41,909 bases of DNA from the NCBI GenBank assembly GCA_913056285.1, contig CAJXNE010000001.1, positions 1 to 41,909 of the forward strand. The letters are read 5' to 3'. The DNA comes from an uncultured Zetaproteobacteria bacterium (GTDB taxonomy: Bacteria > Pseudomonadota > Zetaproteobacteria > Mariprofundales > Mariprofundaceae). A program made the translations under genes and the position numbers. A model generated the notes under the pieces. It worked only from the letters and a program-made list of their open reading frames with translations. It was not told the DNA's origin and did no database searches. This document shows positions 28,168 through 36,817 of this stretch, one piece after another (the stretch's first letter is position 1; each line of letters starts with the position of its first letter).

Positions 28168-29229
28168 ATGACTATGAAGTACAACACTGACGATCTCCGC
28201 ATCAACGGCATGAGCGAAATTGCAGCACCCGAACAAGTGCATGCCGAACTCCCTATCTCCGAAGTGGCCGCACGTACCACGCACGAAACCCGCAATGCCA
28301 TCCATGAAATACTGATGGGTGAAGATGATCGTTTGTTGGTCGTTATCGGCCCGTGCTCTATTCATAACCCCAAAGCCGGTTTGGAATACGCCCGTCATAT
28401 TCAGCGCATGCGGGAAGAACTGGGTAAGGATTTATTGATTGTCATGCGCGTCTATTTTGAGAAACCGCGCACGACAGTTGGCTGGAAAGGCCTGATCAAC
28501 GATCCGAACCTGGATGGAAGCTTTGAAATCAACAAGGGTATTCGTCTGGCCCGCAAGCTGCTGCTGGATATCAATGAAGTGGGCGTGCCCGCAGGCACCG
28601 AATTCCTCGATCTGATTACGCCGCAATATATGGCTGATCTGGTTAGTTGGGGCGCTATTGGCGCGCGCACGACCGAATCGCAGGGGCACCGTGAACTCTC
28701 CAGCGGTCTGTCATGTCCGGTCGGATTCAAGAATGGTACGGATGGCGGTTTCAAAATCGCCATTGACGCGCTGCATGCAGCACGCCATCCGCATGTATTC
28801 ATATCACTGACGAAGCAGGGCAAATCGGCTATTTTCTCTACGGTCGGCAATGACGATTGCCATATTATCCTGCGTGGTGGCAAAACGCCGAACTACGATG
28901 CAGAAAGCGTGGCTTGCGCCACGACCTCACTAGAGGCGGCCAAACTGCCTTGTCATTTGATGGTGGATTGCAGTCATGCCAACAGTAGCAAACAGTTTAA
29001 GCGCCAAATTGTGGTGGGCGAAAATCTGGCCGGGCAGATTGCGGCCGGCAATCGTTGCATCACCGGGGTCATGATTGAGTCGCATCTGCATGAAGGGCGT
29101 CAGGATGTTGTTGCGGGCGAGCAACCGGCATTCGGCATCAGCATTACCGATGCCTGTCTGGGCTGGGAAGACTCAGAAGCCTTGCTGCATGCGCTGGCCG
29201 AAGCAGTTCGTGAGCGGCGGAAAGTGTGA
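28168..29229 (+). CDS. aroG: class I-alpha DAHP synthase (AroG/AroF type)
   Basis: GPCSIH, YFEKPRTTVGWKG, IGARTTESQ and DCSHANS motifs; feedback specificity cannot be read from sequence. Confidence 0.93.
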   Translation: MTMKYNTDDLRINGMSEIAAPEQVHAELPISEVAARTTHETRNAIHEILMGEDDRLLVVIGPCSIHNPKAGLEYARHIQRMREELGKDLLIVMRVYFEKPRTTVGWKGLINDPNLDGSFEINKGIRLARKLLLDINEVGVPAGTEFLDLITPQYMADLVSWGAIGARTTESQGHRELSSGLSCPVGFKNGTDGGFKIAIDALHAARHPHVFISLTKQGKSAIFSTVGNDDCHIILRGGKTPNYDAESVACATTSLEAAKLPCHLMVDCSHANSSKQFKRQIVVGENLAGQIAAGNRCITGVMIESHLHEGRQDVVAGEQPAFGISITDACLGWEDSEALLHALAEAVRERRKV

Positions 29230-29232
29230 GAC

Positions 29233-29272
29233 TGAAGCATCAGGGTGGGTTTTCCTCACACCTGATGCCTCA
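29233..29272. terminator. stem-loop between convergent aroG and RRM genes
   Basis: Inverted repeat tgaagcatcagg / cctgatgcctca. Confidence 0.5.
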
Positions 29273-29283
29273 CCTTTAACGCT

Positions 29284-29736
29284 TTAATCTTCGCCTTTTT
29301 TCTTGGCCTCATTCACACGCAAGGTGCGTCCGGCATAATCGTTGCCATCGAGTTGTTTGATGGCTTCCCGTGCGCCAGCAGCATCCATTTCCACAAAACC
29401 ATAACCCTTAAAGCGTTTGCTGCGACGATCTTTAACCAGTCGAATATCTGCCACGTTTCCAAATGGGGAGAACAGGTTTTTCACATCGTCCTGACCGGCA
29501 TTAAAGGGTAAGTTTCCTACATAGATATTGCTGGTGCCTTCTTCCTGACTGGCCGCAGCCGGTTTCGATGCAAGCGCAACCAGCAGTCCGCCAAACAAAA
29601 CGCCAAGGGTAATACCGGTGGCAAACAAAGATTCAGCCGGCACGCCCTGAGGATCAATGGCGGACAAGGCATAATACCCCGCCAATGAGGCTACAATCGC
29701 CACAATAAATAATTTCACAAAACATGATACACTCAT
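29284..29736 (-). CDS. RRM RNA-binding protein with two N-terminal hydrophobic helices
   Basis: RNP2 IYVGNL, RNP1 KGYGFVEM and GRTLRVNEA; hydrophobic N-terminal ~57 aa; GGAG RBS. Confidence 0.9.
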   Translation of the reverse strand: MSVSCFVKLFIVAIVASLAGYYALSAIDPQGVPAESLFATGITLGVLFGGLLVALASKPAAASQEEGTSNIYVGNLPFNAGQDDVKNLFSPFGNVADIRLVKDRRSKRFKGYGFVEMDAAGAREAIKQLDGNDYAGRTLRVNEAKKKGED

Positions 29737-29882
29737 TCAATCACTCCAAAGACTGCAAAAATACGCAGTTCATGGTCGCGAAGCATGCCAAAACCTGTGC
29801 CGAAAAGCACGCCTGTTTGTTATTAAATACGCACAAAACATGATGGATTTACGTAAGCCGAAGATGCGCTAGCCTTGCCCGC

Positions 29883-30800
29883 ATGAGTAGAAAAGTGATT
29901 CCTATCCAGACAGAGCTTCAGGGCGAGCCAATGGTGGGCAAACCGACATGGTTGAAAGTGCGCGCACCGATGTCGCCCGAATACAAATCAATCGTTCAAC
30001 TGATGCGTGAATTGAAATTGAATACGGTCTGTGAAGAAGCCTCCTGCCCGAACATCGGCGGTTGCTGGAAGCAGGGTTCAGCTACATTCATGATTCTGGG
30101 TCGCGTTTGTACCCGCACCTGCGCATTTTGTGATGTGGCGACGGGACGGCCTGATCCGGTCGATCCGGATGAAGCGGCAAACCTGGCCAAAGCTGTAGCG
30201 CAGATCGGACTTAAACACGTGGTCATCACTTCGGTGGACCGCGACGATCTGAAAGATGGCGGTGCAGGCCACTATGCGACGGTGATTCGCGAACTGAAAG
30301 CACGCCAACCGCAGGTGACGATAGAAATTCTGACACCCGATTTTCAACGCAAACCGGCCTCTTGCCTGAATACGATTATCGAAGCCAAACCGGATATCTT
30401 CAATCACAATCTGGAAACCGTGCCACGACTGTACCGTTCGGTGCGCCCCGGCGCACGCTACTTCACTTCGTTGCGCCTGTTACAACGAGCCGGAGAGCTT
30501 GCCCCCGATGTGGTAACCAAATCAGGTATTATGGTTGGCCTCGGCGAAGAGCGTGACGAGATATTACAGGTGATGGATGATCTGCGCGAAGCAAGTGTTG
30601 ATATCCTGACCATCGGCCAGTATCTCAGACCGAGTGTAAAGCATCATCCTGTGATGAAATACTGGACGCCGGAAGAATTTGACGAACTCAAATACCTGGC
30701 CGAGAAAAAAGGCTTTGGTATGGTGGCATCCGGCCCGCTGGTGCGTTCATCTTTTCATGCCGATGAAGTATTTCAGGCGCTCAAATCGAAAACCGCCTGA
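29883..30800 (+). CDS. lipA: lipoyl synthase
   Basis: [20 protein letters not shown] and PLVRSS motifs. Confidence 0.98.
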   Translation: MSRKVIPIQTELQGEPMVGKPTWLKVRAPMSPEYKSIVQLMRELKLNTVCEEASCPNIGGCWKQGSATFMILGRVCTRTCAFCDVATGRPDPVDPDEAANLAKAVAQIGLKHVVITSVDRDDLKDGGAGHYATVIRELKARQPQVTIEILTPDFQRKPASCLNTIIEAKPDIFNHNLETVPRLYRSVRPGARYFTSLRLLQRAGELAPDVVTKSGIMVGLGEERDEILQVMDDLREASVDILTIGQYLRPSVKHHPVMKYWTPEEFDELKYLAEKKGFGMVASGPLVRSSFHADEVFQALKSKTA

Positions 30801-30810
30801 CGACAGGCTC

Positions 30811-31749
30811 CTAACCCCTGTGCAGGAATGCTCCGGGGTTGATTAATTTACCATTGTACCGGACTTCGTAGTGCAAGTGAGGGCCGGTGGAATGACCGGT
30901 TGAGCCGATACGGCCCAGCTTCTGGTTTCCGGCAACCACATCGCCGACATTGACCGCCAAACTGGACATATGCGCATAACGTGTTCGATAACCGTAACCG
31001 TGCTCGATATCCACCACATAGCCGAAATCTTCCATTTTACCGGCAAAGGTTACAACGCCGGCGCTGGCTGCTTTAACCGGAGCGCCAAAGTGGTTGGCAA
31101 TATCAACACCATGGTGAATAGCCGGCGCGCCGGAGAACGGATCAATGCGCGGGCCAAAACCGGAACTGATCCAGCCACCTGTAGTCGGCCATGCATGTGG
31201 TTTGGCGTTAGCAGCAGTGGTTTTTTTCTCCAGCATATAGTTGACTGCTGTCAACTGCTCATCGAGTTGCTTCAAGCGCCCTTGCGCCGAATTGATGCCC
31301 TGATACAGGCCAGCGTCAGCACTGAGCGTTTCGGTTGTCTGTTGGCGAAGGCCGCCAAAGGCAGGCGCCAGTCCAAAATCAAATTCCGTTTTATCCAGTG
31401 CGGCAACATCGACCAGATGGGCGCCGAGCGCATCGAGCCTGGACATGCGAGCCTGCATTTGACCAAGCGTACGCGCATACACGGCGCGTTTATGTTGCTC
31501 GGCCTGTAACGCTGCAGTCAGTGTTTCAATCCGGGAGTCATTTCCCACCCTGATCTGTTGCAATTCACCCCGGACATGCTGTAGCGATTTGGCAAGCTGT
31601 TCACTATGATAAACGCCGTAAGCACCCCATACGCCAAAAACGGACAGCATGAAGAGCAACAGTGAGCAAACCATAAAAACATTACGGCTCATGACGATTC
31701 CGAACAATCCTCCCGATGAGGATGCGGACATTAATAGCTGTTTTTTCAT
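30811..31749 (-). CDS. M23 family metallopeptidase with a TM helix and coiled coil
   Basis: HHGVD, TRYAH and STGPHLHYEV motifs. Confidence 0.92.
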   Translation of the reverse strand: MKKQLLMSASSSGGLFGIVMSRNVFMVCSLLLFMLSVFGVWGAYGVYHSEQLAKSLQHVRGELQQIRVGNDSRIETLTAALQAEQHKRAVYARTLGQMQARMSRLDALGAHLVDVAALDKTEFDFGLAPAFGGLRQQTTETLSADAGLYQGINSAQGRLKQLDEQLTAVNYMLEKKTTAANAKPHAWPTTGGWISSGFGPRIDPFSGAPAIHHGVDIANHFGAPVKAASAGVVTFAGKMEDFGYVVDIEHGYGYRTRYAHMSSLAVNVGDVVAGNQKLGRIGSTGHSTGPHLHYEVRYNGKLINPGAFLHRG

Positions 31750-31863
31750 CTGCTTCGTGAAGTCTCCATGGCTACTAAAAAAGTGATCTTCAGTTTAACT
31801 CTCCGTATTTACCGTGATAAAAATCACAATAGCATTTCAGTGAACGACTCATGCCTGCGTGCA

Positions 31864-31897
31864 TTGACGACGTGTTACAAGGTTTTATGCTTGCGCC
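31864..31897 (+). promoter_or_regulatory. putative sigma70 promoter (candidate leaderless)
   Basis: TTGACG-N16-TATGCT-N6-ATG(31898). Confidence 0.65.
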
Positions 31898-32374
31898 ATG
31901 CACTCAGACATCCATGAAATTTTCATTCATCGCCATTGTATGCAGCAAATACTTTATGAGGCCATCTCTTGCTCATCACATACTTCAGATTCCTCAAGCT
32001 CAAAGAGGCGAGATGTTTGCCATGGGCTGCTTACAGGCGGCGGCAATATGCTAAAAAATCATCTTGCTGTCACGGAAAATCCTTTATCAGAACAGCATGC
32101 CGACCTGAATCTTTCTACTGCCGCATCCGGCCATAACGCAATATGCGGCATTTATTGCTCCATTTTTGCCCCGGATGTGATTGATCACGACCGCATTCGC
32201 AGCCTGAGCAAGCTTGTTCAACAGTATTACGGGCATCCACCCGATTGTTATCTGCTGATTGAGCTGGGTCACAAAGGCCGGGTGGATGCTCGCCTGTTCG
32301 CCGATGAGGCACTCAGCTCACCCATGCCGCTCAATATGCAGGAAGATGGCAACGCCGTGGTGACGAATGAATAG
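31898..32374 (+). CDS. hypothetical protein, degenerate MPN/JAB (JAMM)-like fold
   Basis: Good promoter and overlap with the next gene. RDVCHGLLTG, GIYCS and YLLIELGHKG resemble proteobacterial MPN proteins, but the HxH motif is absent. Confidence 0.55.
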   Translation: MHSDIHEIFIHRHCMQQILYEAISCSSHTSDSSSSKRRDVCHGLLTGGGNMLKNHLAVTENPLSEQHADLNLSTAASGHNAICGIYCSIFAPDVIDHDRIRSLSKLVQQYYGHPPDCYLLIELGHKGRVDARLFADEALSSPMPLNMQEDGNAVVTNE

Positions 32375-33578
32375 TGGTACTGACATCAATGAGCCTTACC
32401 ATTTGATTGTCATCGGTGCCGGTATTTCCGGTCTGGCGATGGCCTTTGAAGCGCAACAGGCGGGCAAGACGGCACTCGTGCTGGAAAAGGAAAATCGCAC
32501 TGGCGGTTGTTTTCATTCAGAAATTGTTCCGGGTGAAGGCGAACCGTTCTGGCTGGAAATGGGAACGCATACCTGTTTCAATTCTTATGGACGCCTGCTG
32601 GACATATTGGACAGGCTGGGGCTGCGGGATCAGATGCTTGACCGCGAAAAATTACGCTATCGCATGCTGGCTGACGGAAAACTGGTTTCCATACCTTCCC
32701 GGCTACGTTTCATTGAATTATTCACCCATATCTGGCGGATTTTTTCCATGAAAAAAGAAGGCAAATCCATTGCAACCTATTACAGTGAACTGATGGGCCA
32801 GAGCAATTATGCCAATGTGCTCCGGCACGCATTCAATGCCGTTATCTGTCAGCCATCGGATCATATGCCGGCAGATATGCTGTTCCGCAAACGTCCGCGT
32901 GATAAATCCGTACAGCGCAGCTATACCTTTGCGGATGGTCTGGGCCGCATCATTGCAGCACTTGAACAGCATCTGGAAATTAAAACCGGGCAGGTGATTC
33001 ACGCGATTCACCGCCATGCAGAAGGTTATGTCGTTGAAACAGAACATGGGGTGTATGCATGTGACAAGCTGGCCTGCGCTACGCCCGCAGCCGCTGCATC
33101 ACGTTTAATGAAGCAGGCCCATCCCAGGATCGCGGAGCAATTGGGTTGGGTGAATGAAGTGGAAATTGAATCTGTCGGTATTGTAGTTCGCAAGGAGTCA
33201 CTGCCGCTTGCGCCTGCTGCTGGCATTATTGCAGTGGATGGCGACTTTTATTCGGCTGTATCCCGTGACTATCTCAGCCATCCGCATCTGAGGGGGTTCA
33301 CATTTCATTTCAAACCGGGTCTGCTCGGTGATGACGACAAGCTACAACGCATCTGCACTGTCCTCAGCATATCATTATCTGATTTACTTTATGTGTTCCA
33401 CAAAACCAATCGTCTGCCCGCGCCCGATATGGGCCATCATCAACTGATCGAAGAATTAGATTGCATGCTTGCCGATCAACCGTTGGCTCTGGTTGGTAAT
33501 TATTTCGACGGGGTGGCAGTAGAAGATTGTCTCGAACGTGTTGAAAAAGAATGGCAGCGTTTATTCGCGCCAGCATGA
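32367..33578 (+). CDS. HemY-like FAD-dependent oxidoreductase (proto/coproporphyrinogen oxidase family)
   Basis: VIGAGISGL FAD motif, EMGTHT, FADGL and C-terminal GNYFDGVAVEDC. Confidence 0.75.
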   Translation: MNSGTDINEPYHLIVIGAGISGLAMAFEAQQAGKTALVLEKENRTGGCFHSEIVPGEGEPFWLEMGTHTCFNSYGRLLDILDRLGLRDQMLDREKLRYRMLADGKLVSIPSRLRFIELFTHIWRIFSMKKEGKSIATYYSELMGQSNYANVLRHAFNAVICQPSDHMPADMLFRKRPRDKSVQRSYTFADGLGRIIAALEQHLEIKTGQVIHAIHRHAEGYVVETEHGVYACDKLACATPAAAASRLMKQAHPRIAEQLGWVNEVEIESVGIVVRKESLPLAPAAGIIAVDGDFYSAVSRDYLSHPHLRGFTFHFKPGLLGDDDKLQRICTVLSISLSDLLYVFHKTNRLPAPDMGHHQLIEELDCMLADQPLALVGNYFDGVAVEDCLERVEKEWQRLFAPA

Positions 33579-33810
33579 GGTGCATCAGGAAAGGGTGGTT
33601 TTCGGAACCAGTCAGACATTCAATGCCGCCGACAGCATCCATATCGACTCTCAGAAAAAAACATTAACACCTCACTGTTGCCCGGTTAAGAGATTAGCGG
33701 CAAGAAAGCAGGGTTGAATTCCCAACGTTTGTGGTAGATTTGAAGTTGTCGAGATAAGAAATTCTCCGCATGGGAACTTTGCTTCACTGAGATGAAGCAG
33801 GTAGCTCGGG

Positions 33811-34782
33811 TTAGGCAGAGGGGCGAATGTTGGTGAGGATTTTCAATCCGGTTTTGATGCTTTTGACCGGTTCGCCGAGGGCATGGGATATCAGGCGGGA
33901 ACAGCCGACAGCGCAACCTGATTCGCAAGGCTTGTGGCAATGGGATGCGGCCAGTTCATGGGGTGTGGCTTGAGATAATAGCAGGTCGGCGCCTATTTGC
34001 TGGCTGCACCACTGAATGCGCCCATTGGTGTTGATATATAGAAATTTGGAACCGCCGAGACATTGCCATGGTTTGCTGAAATCGCCGGAGAGCAGCGCAC
34101 GGGCATGTTCTTCATACAGTTGCATGCCACCCCAGAGTTGCTGCTGATCAAACAGCTCCAGATATTGCGACCCTTGAATGGCGATCTTGCCACCGGCCTG
34201 ATGTAGAAATGAAAAACTGAACTCAAACGGGAAATCGGCCATTAGTCGGCGGAAATCTTCGTACTCTGCCGCTGTTTCCGGCGTTAATACTGTTTGTACC
34301 TTCACAGTGAACTGCGCCTGTTCAGCCAGCATGGTCAAGCGTGGCAACAGACTTTTTAATGATTTCATCGACTGGGCGCCGGGGTGTACGGAATCGACGC
34401 TGATTTGCATCAAATCTAGCCCGGCAGCATTGAGGGCAGTGATGATCCCGGTAGTGAGCAGAAAACCGTTGCTGATCAACGTTGCCAGGTTGGCACCACG
34501 TTGCTTGGCTTTGATATGAGCCACTACATCGGGTAGTGCGGGATGCATTAGCGGTTCGCCGCCAAGGATGTCATAAATCAGCACGCCCAGATCATCCAGC
34601 TTGTCGATGCGCCGCATCAACGTTTCGACCGGCAGGTGCGGCGCGCCTGAGGTATATTCATTGCAATAGGCGCAGCTAAGATTGCAGTTGCGCGTAATGA
34701 CAAGCTGGGCATACAAGGCCTTGTCATCGAGCAGCCGTTTGGATGCATGGGCTATGAAACGGGCCTTTTGCAACGGCGTCAT
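33811..34782 (-). CDS. radical SAM protein with a C-terminal Cys-rich (SPASM/twitch-like) region, last gene of the hopanoid operon
   Basis: CNLSCAYC, GGEPLMHP and CLGG..WCSQ..PCESGCAVGC; overlaps the upstream gene by 4 nt. Confidence 0.88.
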   Translation of the reverse strand: MTPLQKARFIAHASKRLLDDKALYAQLVITRNCNLSCAYCNEYTSGAPHLPVETLMRRIDKLDDLGVLIYDILGGEPLMHPALPDVVAHIKAKQRGANLATLISNGFLLTTGIITALNAAGLDLMQISVDSVHPGAQSMKSLKSLLPRLTMLAEQAQFTVKVQTVLTPETAAEYEDFRRLMADFPFEFSFSFLHQAGGKIAIQGSQYLELFDQQQLWGGMQLYEEHARALLSGDFSKPWQCLGGSKFLYINTNGRIQWCSQQIGADLLLSQATPHELAASHCHKPCESGCAVGCSRLISHALGEPVKSIKTGLKILTNIRPSA

Positions 34783-35783
34783 GTCTCAGGGGCCTGTTCT
34801 GCCTGACGGCGTCGCCATAGTCGGTACCCTGTGCCGATTTGCCAGGTGATCAGGCCGGGCAGACCCAGTATCAGTTCGCGCACCCGTTTGCCCAGAGAAA
34901 GAGCCAGTGCTGTTTGTGGCGGGATGCCCAGAACGGCGCCAAGTAGCAGGAAACCACCTTCCTGAATGCCCAGCGAAGCAGGGATGAGGAAACCCGCTGC
35001 GCGGATGGCCTGACCAAGACTTTCCAGCAATAGTGCCTCCAGCAAACTGACAGGCATACCGAAGAAGTACATCAGCAGCCAGACCTCACCAGTGCCGATC
35101 AGCCAGCTTATCAAACGCCAGACAGAGGCCGTAGCCAATACTTGTTTATTGCCATAGATATGCGCAATTGCCTGATCAAGCTTATCGGCACCGCCAGACA
35201 AAGCCATCCATTCCCTGCCACCGGCAATGCGTTCGACCTGATACGCTATTTTACCAAAGAATTGCTGGCGCTGGGCGCTATAAAATATGACCAGCAATGC
35301 CCCGAAAGCGGACATGCCTGATATGATCGCCAGAATCAGATTCAGGTTGGACTTCACCTGCAACAGCAGCAGTGTCAGTCCGATTATGGTGAACAAAATC
35401 TGGGTCATCAGGGTAATGGTTAATTCTACCACGACACTGGCACCAGCCGTGCTTCCCTGTACGTTGTAATGCATCATCCATCGGGCTTTGGCCAGTTCAC
35501 CGCCAACCTGAGCGACTGGCAGCAGGCTGTTAACGGATTCTCCAATCCATCGTGCCTGCAACAGACGCAATAGCCTCGGCCGTTGTCCGGAAGGGAAAAG
35601 GGTGTGCCAGCACATGCTGCTGCTCAGCATCGGAATCAGGTGAAAGGCAGTGACAGTGAGTAGTCCCCAACCTGCTGCGATGAGTGCGGTGGCAATTTCA
35701 TCGATGCCTTGCCAGATCACCAGAGAGATCAGTATGGTGAGTCCGGTCATTAGACCGAGTTGGGTGCCTGTTTTCATGCTCAT
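34779..35783 (-). CDS. HpnL-like / lysylphosphatidylglycerol synthase TM-domain membrane protein
   Basis: ARWIGESVNSLLPVAQVGGE, IPASLGIQEGG and KRVRELILGLPGL motifs; hopanoid context. Confidence 0.8.
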   Translation of the reverse strand: MSMKTGTQLGLMTGLTILISLVIWQGIDEIATALIAAGWGLLTVTAFHLIPMLSSSMCWHTLFPSGQRPRLLRLLQARWIGESVNSLLPVAQVGGELAKARWMMHYNVQGSTAGASVVVELTITLMTQILFTIIGLTLLLLQVKSNLNLILAIISGMSAFGALLVIFYSAQRQQFFGKIAYQVERIAGGREWMALSGGADKLDQAIAHIYGNKQVLATASVWRLISWLIGTGEVWLLMYFFGMPVSLLEALLLESLGQAIRAAGFLIPASLGIQEGGFLLLGAVLGIPPQTALALSLGKRVRELILGLPGLITWQIGTGYRLWRRRQAEQAPET

Positions 35784-35824
35784 ATCAGGTCAGTCCAAAG
35801 TAGAGCCAGCGCATTACATGCATA

Positions 35825-36817
35825 TCAACTGCAATAACCATGAGTCTTGAACCATGTTACAGCATCCGCGAGCGCCTCCTGCGCTGAGCGAGGGTGATAG
35901 TCTAGTTCGCGTTGGGCTTTATCGGATGAGAAATACATATGCTTGCGTGTCATGCGTACGCCGTCCACAGCAATCAGCGGCCCGGAGGCGCCAGTGATCG
36001 TTGCAACAACTTCACTCAACCAGGCCAGTGGCAGCACGCCGTAATATGGCATGCATATACGCGGCGGTTTACGTCCGGCCAGCGCGGCGACATGCGAAAG
36101 AATTTCTCTAAGAGGCAGGTTTTCGCCACCGAGAATATAGCGATCGCCAAATTTCCCTTTTTCAAAAGCCAGCAGATGCCCTTCGGCCACATCATCGACA
36201 TGCACAATATTCAGGCCGGTATCGATATAACCGGGCATGCGTCCGCGCATGGTGTCGAGCACCATCTGGCCGGTCGGCGTCGGTTTGATATCGCGTGGAC
36301 CGACGGGGCCGGCAGGATTGACAATGACGGCAGGCAGCCCCTGCTCCGAAACCAGCTTTCGGACAAGGTTCTCAGCCATGAATTTGGAGCGTTTATAGTG
36401 GCCGATCATATCATCGAGTTTCGATGGCGTGGTTTCATCGGCGGGAGTGCCATCGGCATGCAGCCCGAGCGTGGCGACGCTGCTGGTATATACGATACGC
36501 GATACGCCTGCTTTAGCGGCGGCAAGCATGATATTGCGCGTGCCATCGACATTGATTTGATACATTTCATCAGGATTGCGCGTCCACAAACGGTAATCGG
36601 CGGCGGCGTGGAATAATGAAGAGCAGCCTGAAACGGCGCGCGCCAGTGATGCCGAATCGGTTAAATCGCCGACAACCATGTCTACCGGCAATCCGGTGAT
36701 GTTGTTACGCGGGCTGCGTTCTCTTAACAGTACACGCACTTTATGCCCAGCCTGCAAAAGCCGCCGCACGATGGCCGAGCCGACAAAGCCGGAGGCACCG
36801 GTGACCAGCGTGGTCAT
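35825..36817 (-). CDS. hpnA: hopanoid-associated NAD-dependent epimerase/dehydratase
   Basis: LVTGASGFVG, HAAADYRLW, YKRSK and GPRDIKPTPTG motifs; ATG 36817 overlaps the hpnN stop (ATGA). Confidence 0.9.
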   Translation of the reverse strand: MTTLVTGASGFVGSAIVRRLLQAGHKVRVLLRERSPRNNITGLPVDMVVGDLTDSASLARAVSGCSSLFHAAADYRLWTRNPDEMYQINVDGTRNIMLAAAKAGVSRIVYTSSVATLGLHADGTPADETTPSKLDDMIGHYKRSKFMAENLVRKLVSEQGLPAVIVNPAGPVGPRDIKPTPTGQMVLDTMRGRMPGYIDTGLNIVHVDDVAEGHLLAFEKGKFGDRYILGGENLPLREILSHVAALAGRKPPRICMPYYGVLPLAWLSEVVATITGASGPLIAVDGVRMTRKHMYFSSDKAQRELDYHPRSAQEALADAVTWFKTHGYCS

